Source: Eledone cirrhosa (lineage: Eukaryota). Taken from it: 64,000 bases of DNA. The translations under genes and the position numbers were made by a program. The notes beneath the pieces are model-generated. The model searched no databases. It saw only the letters and a program-made list of their open reading frames with translations, and was not told the DNA's origin. Shown here one piece after another: positions 14,223-27,521 of the stretch. The stretch is from the NCBI GenBank assembly GCA_964016885.1, contig OZ024743.1, positions 214,024,001-214,088,000 on the forward strand, written 5' to 3'. Position 1 is the first letter of the stretch, and the number at the start of each line of letters is the position of its first letter.

Positions 14223-16043
14223 AATTCCATATATGGTCAAAGTGATTGTCAAAAATCAGTAGTAATTCTGTTGTTGCAAATTAGTAGGGGAGATGGTGGC
14301 TAAACCTGCCAGTAGGAGAAAGAGGGGAGGGGTGGAGTAGCCCCAATCAAGCGTTTGTAGTGCCAGCTACAGCTGGGCATGAGGTCAAAGAAGATACAGG
14401 GGAGGGGGAGGGGGAGGAAGTCGGAACGGTAGGTAGAACAATGGGGGGTAGAAATATATAGGAAAGAAAAAATACTGAGAGTGAAGAAAAGCAAATAAGT
14501 GTAAAGAAAAACAAATGAGTGTAAAGAAAAAAGTAAAGTAAATTAAATTCTACGACCTAGGTCTCAGGCTATTGTTAGGCTAGAATAAATAAATAAATAA
14601 AGACAGAAAGAAGTAAAGAAAGAAATAAAGAAATAACGAAATAAGTAAAAGAACTAGGTGGGACGAAATAGGCGAGGACCCTTTTAAGAGGTATAAGTAC
14701 GTAAATGATACGGTGACGGGTCAACAAAAGGGGCCAAAATACTAAAGAGACTACCACGAAATAAACAATAAAGGTTTCCATCCCGGGCACAATTCCAGCA
14801 ACCACCCAGTGCAGCAAAGTGAACTAATACGAGATAATAATTCTGAGTCCCGAGAAAAATATATACTAATGCTAACTCTAAAAGATCTAAAACAAGCTAC
14901 ATGAAAGTTCGTACGAAGTAAAGGTAGAATACGGAAGAATAAATTCAGAATCCACCCCGCCCAAAAGAAAAGCGAAGAAAGAAATACTGAAACGAAAAAA
15001 TAAGGCATAAGTGCCACTAAGAAATATAGAGGGCACAGAGAATAGTGGGAGCGGTCGGAAAAAGGGGACAAGTATCCGGAGTCTAAACCAACTGCTATAA
15101 AGGGCGGAGTCCGCCAAATCTATCCTAGACTAGGGGAGGGGGTGGGGGTACTAAGGCTACAAGGGGCCAAAGGGCAGCCTCGGGTGGGCGAGAAAAGACG
15201 CCGACAAAGGAGAAGAGCTGGGGTAGAAGGACTAAGGAGAGAGGGGGGAAGGAAGGAAATAAAGGAAGCGATAAAAGAATACAAAGAAGATCTTACGTCT
15301 CCCTTGGCAAGCAGGGGTTACCCAGTGCAAAATCGGCAAGTGGGGTGTTATATCCCTAGTCTACCCCCCCCCCCCCCGGGTCATTATGGGGTTTGAGGGC
15401 GAGGTAAGTCCTACGCAATCTATGTTTACATGCAGTAACCAGTTCATCTTTCTTGTTTAGGAGTTGGTCCGTCGAAAACAGCATTTGAAACCTTTATTGT
15501 TTATTTCGTGGTAGTCTCTTTAGTATTTTGGCCCCTTTTGTTGACCCGTCACCGTATCATTTACGTACTTATACCTCTTAAAAGGGTCCTCGCCTATCCC
15601 GTCCCACCTAGTTCTTTTACTTATTTCGTTATTTCTTTATTCCTTTCTTTACTTCTTTCTTTCTTTATTTATTTATTTATTCTAGCCTAACAATAGCCTG
15701 AGACCTAGGTCGTAGAATTTAATTTACTTTACTTTTTTCTTTACACTCATTTGTTTTTCTTTACACTTATTTGCTTTTCTTCACTCTCAGTATTTTTTCT
15801 TTCCTATATATTTCTACCCCCCATTGTTCTACCTACCGTTCCGACTTCCTCCCCCTCCCCCTCCCCTGTATCTTCTTTGACCTCATGCCCAGCTGTAGCT
15901 GGCACTACAAACGCATGATTGGGGCTACTCCACCCCCTCCCCTCTTTCTCCTACTGGCAGGTTTAGCCACCATCTCCCCTACTAATTTGCAACCACAGAA
16001 TTACTACTGATTTTTGACAATCACTTTGACCATATATGGAATT

Positions 16044-16137
16044 ACCCCTTGAGAAGATCGGCTATTTAAATACCAGGATAAATTTTCATTTAGTCCAGAA
16101 TTAGCCGTCGAAACGGCTTGAGCTCAGCTGTCGGGGT
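16044..16137 (+). ncRNA. Hammerhead ribozyme, U3-A8 variant (family A)
   Basis: Same motif as 695-788. Confidence 0.8.
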
Positions 16138-16147
16138 CTTACTGGTT

Positions 16148-16179
<32 letters not shown>

Positions 16180-16180
<1 letters not shown>

Positions 16181-16374
16181 GTTATTCCGGGTTGAATCGG
16201 AGGTAACCACATTAAGTAAGGTACTCAATACATTGCAGAGTATAAAAGTTTTAATATAGATGAGAATCTACAGGACTAGAACTGTTTCATTCTTTAGAAA
16301 TCATCAGGAATCAGAGATTCCTGATGATTTCTAAAGAATGAAACAGTTCTAGTCCTGTAGATTCTCATCTATAT
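16180..16374. mobile_element. Family F mini-foldback with a CTGATGA..GAAA core in both arms
   Basis: About 16255-16311 is mirrored at about 16316-16374; core CTGATGA-tttctaaagaat-GAAAC at 16321-16344; one-sided tail 16180-16254. A diverged relative lies at about 16990-17120. Confidence 0.75.
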
Positions 16375-16884
16375 ATATATATATATATGTGTGTCTGTGT
16401 GTCTGTGTCTGTGCCTCTGTGTGTGTGTATATATGTGGATATATGTGTATTCATGCATGCTTTCATGTATGTGATTATATTTCTATGTGCATAAATATTA
16501 CACGAAATAGAGATTAATGTATATATTAATAAGTAGATACTTAAAACTTGGTATCCGTATCTTTGTTTCTGAAACGTAGCATTAACTGATTACATGTTTG
16601 GTTGTAGATGATTCTATGCAAAGTAATTGATACTGTAATACATTCAAATAAGCAGAAGTACGTTTACAACGTATTTACGATATTCATAGATCTAAATTTG
16701 CAAACCGATTCAATATATAATATTCGAATATGCATAAATAAAACCCATAATCGTATATGACAATTGAATATGCATAAGCTGGTGGCTTTTGTATTAAGGA
16801 ATGTATGTGTTTGTGAAAAAATTGTCATTATCCTCATATGTGCAATAAATGAATAAAAATAAATACACATGTATATATGTGTAT

Positions 16885-16922
<38 letters not shown>

Positions 16923-17274
16923 GTTCATGTATTTGTATTCACAGAGTGCACACATGTGCGTCTGGGGGTGGGGTTGCTGTGCTGTATGTGTATCCCGGGT
17001 TCAGTCGGGGAAAACCACAGTAAGTAAGGTACTTAATACATAGTATTGTATATAATGCTTAATATGGCAATGGCTTCTACAGGAATAGAACTGTTTCATT
17101 CGATTGAAACACTTCTTTTCCTATATATATATATATATATATATATGAATGTATATATAGTGTATTTTGTAATACACTGCATGCTTAATTAAAAGCATTT
17201 CGAAGACCTTATGCTATTGATTTAGAGTAGTGACAGTCTCACTTACTTTAATTTTCAGCAAACAGTGGAGATAA

Positions 17275-17319
17275 AGCTGACAGAGCTCTGTTTCGCATTT
17301 TTTTATGCTTATCAAAGCT
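17275..17319 (-). ncRNA. Hammerhead ribozyme, U3-A8 variant (family D)
   Basis: Mirror image of 17515-17559. Confidence 0.8.
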
Positions 17320-17514
17320 AACTACTCCTCCTGTTTGCTGAAAATCATGAACGTTTGATTCTTATAGTAAATAATCAGGAACTGATTTTATAGAGCGGTT
17401 GCCGGTCAAGCAGAAATTGAAAATTAGAATTGTGGCTTTGTAAAAGCGATATATATATGAATGTATATATAGTGTATTTTGCATCATGATTTTCAGCAAA
17501 CAGGAATAGTAGTT

Positions 17515-17559
17515 AGCTTTGATAAGCATCAACAAATGCGAAACAGAGCTCTGTCAGCT
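17515..17559 (+). ncRNA. Hammerhead ribozyme, U3-A8 variant (family D)
   Basis: AGCT-TTGATAA-GCATcaacaaATGC-GAAA-CAGAGCTCTG-TC-AGCT; palindromic stem III ACAGAGCTCTGT; GTC site. Confidence 0.82.
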
Positions 17560-17719
17560 TTATCTCCCCTGTTTGCTGAAAATTAAAGTAAGTGAGACTG
17601 TCACTAGTCTAAAGCAATAGCATAAGGTCTTCGAAATGCTTTTAATTAAGCATACAGTGTATTGCAAAATACACTATATATACATTCATATATATATCGC
17701 TATTTCAGAGCACCAATTC

Positions 17720-17750
<31 letters not shown>

Positions 17751-18179
17751 GTGTCTGCAGTGACATGAAATATTCGATTGTAAGAAGATGGCTACCATGT
17801 GTGTGCCTGATTATTCACTCTCTATAAGCGTGTCTTTGCCTGATTAGTGCCCATCTGTGTGTGCGACCTGGTGTCCGCACATCAGCTGGGTAGCTTACCG
17901 CTAAAACTTGCACGAAGTTTTTCCATTGTTCCAGTGAACTATACAGCTTTATTGCATTTGTACAGGTCGGCAAAATTTGTGGGAATCTTTGTAGCTTACT
18001 TTTGGCTTAACCATCCGAACAAGCATTACTGCCGATAACATTACAAAAGGTCTTCCATCTATACCTCTAATTTTTTCTTAGCCTTTTTCTTTAGAATACA
18101 ACAATCGGAAAACAGCTAAAATCTATCTATCTATCTATCAGTTGCCAAACAGACATAATTCATAGATATAGACATATCA

Positions 18180-18640
18180 AATAAAGCGCAGTACCTGAAG
18201 GACGCTGCGCAATATATAACTGTCGAGAGAAATGGATATTTGGGCCGCAACCCTGAAGAAAACAATTTTCTACAGAACTGTGTCTATAGAATCGAGAAAA
18301 CCTGCTTCTTTGCCTCAGAATACAGTAGGTGAGTCAAGGTAGGCAATGCTAGACATTGCCTACCTCCAGAGGGCCAAGCAGTATGGGAGAACCTCGGTGC
18401 TCTTCAGAAATGGGGCCCTCGCTCAAAGATATTCGTTGGCTACGATTAAAACGAGCCAATACATATTTTTCCCTACATATATGGGAAGAAAGCACACTAG
18501 ATAAGGGTAGACGAGATTAAAACGACTGCGGACAGACACCTTCCTCTCCGGACAGCAACTCATTCTTTCGTTTAAATACCAATTCAGGAGGAAAATGAGA
18601 GTATTGAGAGGGGCGCTGCAACCTAGTCAATTCGTTGAAA
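18180..18640 (+). pseudogene. RTE-clade LINE C-terminal remnant
   Basis: Degenerate LP..QYGE..GP..KD pattern resembling the RTE RLPKxxxYGEL..GRP..R.KD block. Confidence 0.4.
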
Positions 18641-18749
18641 GGTAGGTAAGTGTATACATACTTCAACATCATCCTAATAGAAGTGTGCATACATTTGCGT
18701 GTATATATATATACATTTACGTGTATATATATATATATATATATATATC

Positions 18750-19540
18750 TTGGTTGTCCATCGTAACCGATGATGCTCTCTTCTTCATTGTTGTTCCCGT
18801 CTGCCGTGGGCGCGAAGGTGGCTGTGGAGACCGATCCTTAACTTGCAGGTCCGGGGTCAGTGGGAGCAGGGGAAGAGACCAGAGTCGCTTGGGGCAGCTG
18901 CTGATGCCTTTCTCCTCAGGGTCAGGAGGAGAACGACTTGCGCATCCAGGTCGCCCACGTGCGGGTTTGAGACTGGCAACTCCCAGAGGTTATCTCCACA
19001 TGTTACCTCCCCCTCTCGCCTATCGTCACAGGACTGTGGGAGTGCACACTAAATAAGAAACCTGTGCGGGGAAGGTTTATAGTGGGAGGGCCAGTGCACA
19101 GTGACGGTCCCATTAACTCGGCCGCAGAAGACAGAATCCGGTGGTACGGAGGACCATCACAACCAGAGACTTCCTTGCCTGCAGTGGATGGCTACTGTAG
19201 TGCCTTGCCGTGCCCTAGCGCTCCACACCGCTTGCTGTCCCCGCCTTCGTGACCGTTGGGATGATATTGTTCTCCTCCACTCACTTCGGCGGATCCAGTC
19301 TTCGCATGCAGGGGTAGGCATCCCCTATCTAACTCACCGGGGGGTTTCAGACCCGTCCGGGTACTCTCAGCTTGGTTCGGCCCGCCAGCCAAGGCGGTGG
19401 CCGCTGACGCATGCTACAGCTTCTTGGGGCCACAGGTGAGAGCTGAGTATCAGGTAGGACCCAATGCAGGACGAGCTCTCCTGAAAGGACATGGCTAGCC
19501 CCCACCCTACAAAGGTACATGCCTCTCCCTGACACCACAT
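18750..19540 (-). mobile_element. Internally deleted RTE-like element (GC-rich 5' UTR-like part joined to 3' end)
   Basis: GC-rich island with RTE-5'UTR-like stretches (gcatgcgaagactggatccg), ending ..cgatggacaaccaaga(TA)n. Recognised by resemblance only. Confidence 0.45.
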
Positions 19541-21240
19541 GGATATATGCGTGTGTATATGCCTGTAGTGTCAGGGAGGGGCATTTACATACATATACAT
19601 ATGTACAAGTGTATATACATATTTACACATTTTTGATGGCCGATGACACTTATGAGTTCTTCCGCCCTTTGTCAGGTTTTGTTTTTTGTCCTGCAGGGTG
19701 TCCAAAATCACCCTACTCACCAAGACACTCGGTGGAGTTGCCAGTTTAGTCGCCGACGACCCGACCATGTGACAGGTTGTACTGGGCTTACATGTTACCA
19801 GTAGCACGCAGGAGTGACCTGACAATATCTATATATGTATATATATATATATTAATGATATTAATAAATGGAAACTATATTTATAAAACCATATTTATTT
19901 TATTATATATATTTCAATATATTTGTGTGTGTGTCTGTGTGTGTATATATGCTTTCCAGCTCATATAAAGTTAACTCACTTTCAGATACTTATCCTCCAT
20001 AAACTCTTATTCTTCACTTTCCTTAAATTATACTCTTTACAGATTCTCTTTCTATTTACTTTCGTTTTTAACTTTATTTTTAATTTTATTTTTATCTTTA
20101 CTTCACATCCACCAGTACCCCCCCCTCCCTACTCTTCCATTCACTTACCTAATATATTCCCATTCCACATTTTACTTCCCCATTTTCTTTCACTCCTGAT
20201 TTTATTGTCACTTGCGTTTTCCACCCCAGATATATTCTGTTGTTTCGCAGCCGATTTTATATTTGTACTCATTTATTCATATGCCTGATTTATACTCTGT
20301 ATCTATGTGTCTGAGTGTGCTTATGTGTGTATACGTTCTGTATATGTATACGAATGCCTCCGTATGTGTGCGTGCGTACGTATATATGTGTGTGTATGTG
20401 TGTTTTTATATCTATGTTTTTATATCTATGTTTTTTACATTCTTATTTTTACGTGTGTGTGTATGCGGGTGAATGAATGTGAATGTGTATGCATATGTGT
20501 ATATATGTATATGTATGTATGGGTGTGTATGTGTATGTTTATGTGTATATATATATATATATATAGTCGCGTACGTACGTGTGATTAGATATACATGGGG
20601 CGATATATATATATATACGTACCTCGTGTGTATGTATGTACGCATGCATGAGCTTTTGTCTGTACGTATTTGTGTGTATAAATATTTTTTTTATAGATAT
20701 ATGTTTTTTATAGATATATATGTATGTACGTGCGTACCTATGTTTGTTTTCTTTTCTCTAGTGTTAATTGATTACTTTCCCTTTGATTAAAAAAATTTCT
20801 TCATTCTCATATATTGTTTCATTTTTATACATATATCGAGAATGACACTTCTTTTTACTATTACACTCCCTTCCCTCTCTATCTTCCGCATATAAGTGAT
20901 CAAGCGTGTGTGTGTGTTTATACGCGTGCTTTCATACTCGTATGTGTATTTAATACCTGTATCTGGATGCGTGTCAACTATATTATCATTTTCTTTTTCA
21001 GCTCATATTATATACGTATTTGTGGTCACATATACACAAATATACTTGCCCTCATATATGTACCTACGCACACATTTTCACCATACACATGCATTTGTAC
21101 AGACACACATATGTACATATGTGAGTGTATATACATACATATACACACACCCTAACTATATTTCCTTATATTTTTTATATATTTTTTGCATTTCTTGAGG
21201 AGACTTTCCAAATGTTTCACTATGTTTTATATTGCCTTGT

Positions 21241-21297
21241 CCGACGAACGAATGAGGACGTTTTTCGTATTCGTCTTATTCGGGAAACCTCTGGTAA
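21241..21297 (+). ncRNA. Degenerate hammerhead motif at the end of a low-complexity PLE-like 3' UTR
   Basis: CCGACGA-aCGAATGAGGACG..CGTCTTATTCGg-GAAA-CC-tct-GG-TA; U4>C change and poor stem I. Confidence 0.45.
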
Positions 21298-21424
21298 TCA
21301 TGTAATTATATTGTATTGTTTATTATACATAACATTTTGCTCTGGTACTTATATAGAGCACTCTTCACTCCTATGACTTTTTCAATTTTCAACGGAAACT
21401 TCAATACACACACACACACACACA

Positions 21425-21514
<90 letters not shown>

Positions 21515-21526
21515 GGAACCAGTAAG

Positions 21527-21620
21527 ACCCCGACAGCTGAGCTCAAGCCGTTTCGACGGCTAATTCTGGACTAAATGAACATTTATCCTGGTATTTAAAT
21601 AGCCGATCTTCTCAAGGGGT
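21527..21620 (-). ncRNA. Hammerhead ribozyme, U3-A8 variant (family A), same strand as the ORF
   Basis: Same motif as 695-788. Confidence 0.8.
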
Positions 21621-22718
21621 AATTCCATATATGGTCAAAGTGATTGTCAAAAATCAGTAGTAATTCTGTGGTTGCAAATTAGTAGGGGAGATGGTGGCTA
21701 AACCTGCCAGTAGGAGAAAGAGGGGAGGGGGTGGAGTAGACCCAATCAAGCGTTGGTAGTGCCAGCTACAGCTGGGCATGAGGTCAAAGAAGATACAGGG
21801 GAGGGGGAGGGGGAGGAAGTCGGAACGGTAGGTAGAACAATGGGGGGTAAAAATAGGAAAGAAAAAATACTGAGAGTGAAGAAAAGCAAAAAAGTGTAAA
21901 GAAAAAATTAAATTCTACGACCTAGGTGTCAGGCTATTGTTAGGCGAGAATAAAATAAAGAAAGAAAGAAAGAAGTAAATAAATAAATAAATAAATAAAT
22001 AAGGAAATAAGTAAAAGAACTAGGTGGGACGAATTAAGCAAGGACCCTTTTAAGAGGTATAAGTACGTAAATGATACGGTGACTGGTCAACAAAAGGGGC
22101 CAAAATACTAAAGAGACTACCACGAAATAAACAATAAAGGTTTCCATCCCGGGCCAGCAACGACCCAGTGCAGCAAAGTGAACTTGTACGACATAATAAT
22201 TCTGAGTCCCGGGAAAAATATATACTAATGCTAACTCTAAAAGATCTAAAACAAGCTACATGAAAGTTCGTACGAAATAAAGGTAGAATACGGAGAAATA
22301 AGTTCAGAATCCACCCCGCCCAGAAGAAAAGCGAAGCAAGAAATACTGAAACGAAAAAATAAGGCATAAGTGCCACTAAGAAATAAAGAGGGCACAGAGA
22401 ATAGTGGGAGCGGTCGGAAAAGGGGGGCAAGTATCCGGGGTCTAAGCCAACTGCTATAAAGGGCGGAGTCCGCCAAATCTATCAAAGACTAGGGGAGGGG
22501 GGAGTGGGGGTACTAAGGCTACATGGGGCCAAAGGGCAGCCTCGGGTGGGCGAGAAAAGACGCCGACAAAGGAGAAGAGCTGGGGTAGAAGGACAAAGGA
22601 GAGAGGGGGGAAGGAAATAAAGGATGCGATAAAAGAATACAAAGAAGATCTTACGTCTTCCTTTGCAAGCAGGGGTTACCCATTGCAAAATCGGCAACTG
22701 GGGTGTTAAAGCCCTAGT

Positions 22719-23490
22719 CTACCCCCCCGGGTCATTATGGGGTTTGAGGGCGAGGTAAGTCCTACGCAATCTATGTTTACATGCAGTAACCAGTTCATCT
22801 TTCTTGTTTAGGAGTTGGTCCGTCGAAAACAGCATTTGTAAAGTTTCATCCGAGCATAAATTGCACGGACGGCGTCCTCCCGTGTAAGAATTGGCTCTGG
22901 ACAGTAATCTCCAAGTGAGATCATAGGTGATGTTGTTGTCCTTGAGGTCCCATATGTGGCCCGAAAGTGTAGTGGCGTGACGCCGGGCCGGGTTTCGGAA
23001 GGTATGTCTATGTTGGTATAGCCGGGTCTTGAAGTCACATGCGGTAAGTCCTATATAGGCTTTGTTGGAGGTATCCGTCCTCACGTTGCACTGGTAGATC
23101 ACATTACGGTCTCTGCATCTATTGTCGAGTGGGCAAATAGATCTATCCGGGCAGTTACACCTCCTGGTCGGTTCTCCACTGCTATTTAGGTTATTTCTGC
23201 CATCGGGGTTGAGTTTTTTGTTGTTAGAGGAGACGATGTTTTGTGCGAAGTTTGGTGTAGTGCTGTAAGAGAGTTTGATGGTATTTTTGTTAATTATGTT
23301 GTGGTAGCGGTGTTGTAATGGGAAGTGTTTTTCAATGAGCCTAAAGAATAGTTTCCCGATGGGAGTAGTCACCTCTGCGTTGTGGGGAGGATTGAACCAT
23401 GTTACATTGCGTGAGCGGCGGTGTCTCCTGCTGGTTCCGCTAATGGGATCTGGACAGTAGGATATTTCCTCCCGGAAATATCCTACTGTC
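22719..23490 (-). pseudogene. PLE C-terminus: linker + GIY-YIG endonuclease (open frame, 5'-truncated)
   Basis: WFNPP, KLSYS, CNC..CPL..C, VIYQC..YIGLT, FKTRLYQH, CNLC..E, CKH. Confidence 0.9.
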
Positions 23491-23552
23491 CTAATTTGCA
23501 ACCACAGAATTACTACTGATTTTTGACAATCACTTTGACCATATATGGAATT

Positions 23553-23646
23553 ACCCCTTGAGAAGATCGGCTATTTAAATACCAGGATAAATGTTCATTT
23601 AGTCCAGAATTAGCCGTCGAAACGGCTTGAGCTCAGCTGTCGGGGT
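23553..23646 (+). ncRNA. Hammerhead ribozyme, U3-A8 variant (family A)
   Basis: Same motif as 695-788. Confidence 0.8.
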
Positions 23647-23760
23647 CTTACTGGTTCCTATTACCCACTCTACTACCTCAAGTATTGAGTACTTTGGTGC
23701 GTTATGGTCCACCTGGTTCCTTACCACATTTCCTTCGTTATATATATATATATATATATA

Positions 23761-26107
23761 GAAAAGATGAATATAAAATGAAAGTGCTTTTTTAAAAAGG
23801 AATTTATTAGGTATTGATATATGTTTCTGTAACAGACGGAATACCTATGTATCGCTGCTTGCGTAACCATATAATGTTAGCACGTATTCGATAGCAATTG
23901 TATAATCAGTTGTCACTTCTTCAGAGATATTGGATAAATTGGAAAAAATCAGAAAAATTGAAGTATTTATATTAGTTGTAAGAAAGGAAGAAGGGGATTG
24001 TATGTGACAGATGGCAATTCAATTTACTGGTAAACAAGTATATGAAAGGTTTCTAATGAGATTACAATGAGTATATGGTTTATTTTATCTAAATAAGAAT
24101 TTTTGGGAGTGCCTATTTTAATCTATACTTGACCAATTGAACAATGGACAGGGCTGGTCGTTTGGTGTAGTAGTATTAATAGATATAAAGTGTCAATTAA
24201 GGAAGAGGGAGATTTCACTGCTACTGAATAACAATGCTGGTAGCCTGCTGGTATATGCATTAGGGAATTGAATTAAGAAATCTCATTTTATCTATAGCAG
24301 TTTACATTAAATGGTAAAGAATAGAAGAGTTGATAGAATTAAGACTAATAGAGAATGTTAATATGTATTTTGACAATCAAACGGAGATGGAGACAGGCGT
24401 TCAATCCTGGTAGTGTTTGTAATATGAAAATGTAGATTTCAAACGATGGTTACAGTATAGCGATCGCTCTATTCCGTTATTTAATAAAATATTTTTGGAT
24501 TTCATAATACAAAATAATTCCATATTACACAATTTACAAAATTCCTGTCCGTGGCAATGGAGGGTGATGCTATTATATCCCATTTTAGGTTAAATTGTTG
24601 GTTATTTTCGCGCAGCTGCCAAGCCTTGTCTGCGAGTGTTGTTACATAACGCTGGTTTTCATGTTTTATCGAGTAACGATGTCTATAAAGGCGAGATTTG
24701 AAGGAGGTAGCTGTAGACCCCACATAGTACCACTTCTGGCTATCCGATTCGATAGTACATTTGTATATGATGTTGCGTTCAAGACACTGATTGTTCAACG
24801 GACACATTCCTGGTTGGACACAGTTACAGTTATAATTTTGCGTTGTTGTATGTGCATGGATGGGTTGATGAGGTTGCTTAGGTAAGACGGAATGTTGTTT
24901 GTTGTTCTGTGATGTAATAGCCGATGTTTTACGTGTATTGTTATGTGTTGGAAGGCGTTTATACAACCGTTTTGCGTTAAGCTTTTTTATATATTGTTCA
25001 AATGTACTATCGAATCGGTTAGCCAGATGTGGTACTATGTGGTGTCTAAAGCTACCTCCTTCAAATCTCGCCTTTATAGACATCGTTACTCGATAAAACA
25101 TGAAAACCGGCGTTATGTAACAACACTCGCAGACAAGGCTTGGCAGCTGCGCGAAAATAACCAACAATTTAACCTAAAATGGGATATAATAGCTTCGCCC
25201 CTCCATATGGCCACGGACAGGAATTTTGTAAATTGTGTACTATGGAATTGTTTTGTATTATGAAATCCAAAAATAGTTTATTAAATAACAGAATAGAGCG
25301 ATCGTTATACTGTAACCATCGTTTGAAATCTACATTTTCATATTACAAACACTACCAGGATTGAACGCCTGTCTCCATCTCCGTTTGATCCTCAAAATAG
25401 ATATTAACATTCTCTATTAGTCTTAATTCTATCAACTCTTCTATTCTTTACCATTTAATGTAAACTGCTATAGATAAAATGAGATTTCTTAATTCAATTC
25501 CTTAATGCATATACCAGCAGGCTCCCAACATTGTTATTCAGTAGCAGTGAAATCTCCCTCTTCCTTAATTGACACTTTATATCTATTAATACTACTACAT
25601 CAAACGACCAGCCCTGTCCATTGTTCAATTGGTCAAGTATAGATTAAAATAGGCACTCCCAAAAATTCTTATTTAGATAAAATAAACCATATACTCATTG
25701 TATTCTCATTAGAAACCTTTTATATACTTGTTTACCAGTAAATTGAATTGCCATCTGTCACATACAACCCCCTCTCTTCTTCCTTTCTTACAACTAATAT
25801 AAATACTTCAATTTTTCTGATTTTTTCCAATTTATCCAATATCTCTGAAGAAGTGACAACTGATTATACATTTGCTATCGAATACGTGCTAACATTATAT
25901 GATTACGCAAGCAGCGATACATAGGTTTCCGTCTGTTACAGAAATATATGTCAATACCTAATAAATTCCTTTTTAAAAAAGCACTTTCATTTTATATTCA
26001 TCTTTTCTACATTTTTTCCGGAATATAATTTATACTCGTTGAGCAAACCTACACGTACGCTGTTCATCTCTAACGTAACGATATATTATCACTACATTAT
26101 CGATAAC

Positions 26108-26118
<11 letters not shown>
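23761..26118. mobile_element. Family G PLE giant foldback (about 1 kb arms) with the GIY-YIG C-terminus on both strands
   Basis: About 23761-24763 is mirrored at about 24999-26008. Translation includes CNCVQPGMCPLNNQC, IIYKC..YVGSTATSFKSRLYRH, CKLC..E and CNH. Right-only tail 26010-26118. (TA)n flanks. Confidence 0.92.
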
Positions 26119-26153
<35 letters not shown>

Positions 26154-26983
26154 CTGTAGAAAAATATCAGGATTAGATTACATTAAATTATTTAATTGAT
26201 TTACGAACGTTTTTATCAATGCAACAGGAATAATCATTTCTGCCTGTATTAATCTCAAGATTCATCAAACAACATAAATAACATTAATATTTCCCAAACC
26301 TATGTCCGAATATTTCAACTCCGAAAACGTAAAATATTTAAAATATAGTTTGGAAAATGTTAAAACTTTATGGAAGACTAAACACGCAATTAAATATTTA
26401 ATGTTTATAAAGATATAATGTGCTGTGACTAAAACATATTTTGTTAGACCATTACACACTAATACACATATACTATACACTAAATTAATGTTATTGGAAA
26501 ACAACTGGAGATTATACGTTTAATAATACTATATTAATTGAAGTAACGAAAAATTATGAGATTAACATTAAAAGAAAATATTAAGAAAATCAAAACAAAA
26601 GTTATGGAAACTTAATTCAGTAATAAAAATATCAATAACTGTATGTTATAGATTTATTACTAATACATTTTTAATTCTATTCAGATTATAAATGAAACAC
26701 GCGTGTACGACTGAATAATGGTTTAGTAATAAACAAAAAAAAAATAGCAGTATATTAGTGTCTTACGTAATGTCGTTAATTATGTTATACGTATTGATAC
26801 GACCTCGTCATTGTTGCTATACAATTGATACGACCTCGTCAGTCATCTATTATATAATTTTTTATTGATAGTGTGATATGCTCCGGGTGAATGTTTTGCT
26901 CATACACCTATAGCGCCTGATAGACATATACACACATAAATTCATAAAACGATAAATGTACATATACACATACACACACACGT

Positions 26984-27028
<45 letters not shown>

Positions 27029-27468
27029 ATTATATGAATTCTTTTTTTTTGTTTGAGATATATTTTTAAAATAATTTTTATCGATATCTTTTATCATATC
27101 CCTGTGTTACGGGAAATTTCAGATCGAAACTTAAACAGAGGCACGGTAACACCCTCATAAGCAAACATATTTATGTTTATACTATATACTATATATGCAC
27201 CTTTGACGAGTTGTAGTGCACCTGAGCACTTTACACAATAATTTCATTATATTATATGTGCGACGGACTTCTGCAGTTTCAAATTACAGATGAACCCGAT
27301 GTGACGTTAATTAAAACTGAAGCCACAATAAAATATTCGCGAAACGAGCTCTATATCAACTTCCCCGTGCTTGCGCCTCTTTCTTTCTTTCTTTCTTCTC
27401 TTTGCTCCGTCCTGCCTCCCTCTCTCAATATACACAAATATACATCTATGCACACACATACACCCCCC

Positions 27469-27521
<53 letters not shown>

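Larger units (their letters stand above)
14035..16151. mobile_element. Family A PLE foldback (arms about 660 bp; loop contains the 3' UTR and ORF end)
   Basis: About 14116-14777 is inverted at about 15488-16150. About 15360-15487 matches the ORF C-terminus at 22720-22838. (TA)n on both sides. Confidence 0.92.
17141..17730. mobile_element. Family D ORF-less HHR repeat: about 312 bp head-to-tail unit plus inverted arm
   Basis: atgaatgtatatatagtgtattttg recurs at 17145 and 17457. About 17484-17700 is the reverse complement of about 17141-17349. (TA)n flanks. Confidence 0.8.
21513..23740 (-). mobile_element. 5'-truncated family A PLE (likely Naiad-type) with inverted terminal copy
   Basis: GIY-YIG ORF, then an about 1.2 kb 3' UTR ending in the HHR. 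23491-23740 is an inverted copy of the 3' end plus tail. (TA)n on both sides. Confidence 0.92.

Noticed and set aside
14320-14420. G-run clusters (G-quadruplex potential) in the family A UTR
   Set aside because: They lie on the antisense strand of the element RNA and are low complexity, with no evidence of function.
25840-25956. CTGAAGA..GAAA hammerhead candidate in family G
   Set aside because: Stem II (gtgaca/tgttac) is plausible but stem I does not pair; unconfirmed.
26790-26845. attgatacgacctcgtca repeated twice
   Set aside because: Small local tandem duplication with no further structure.
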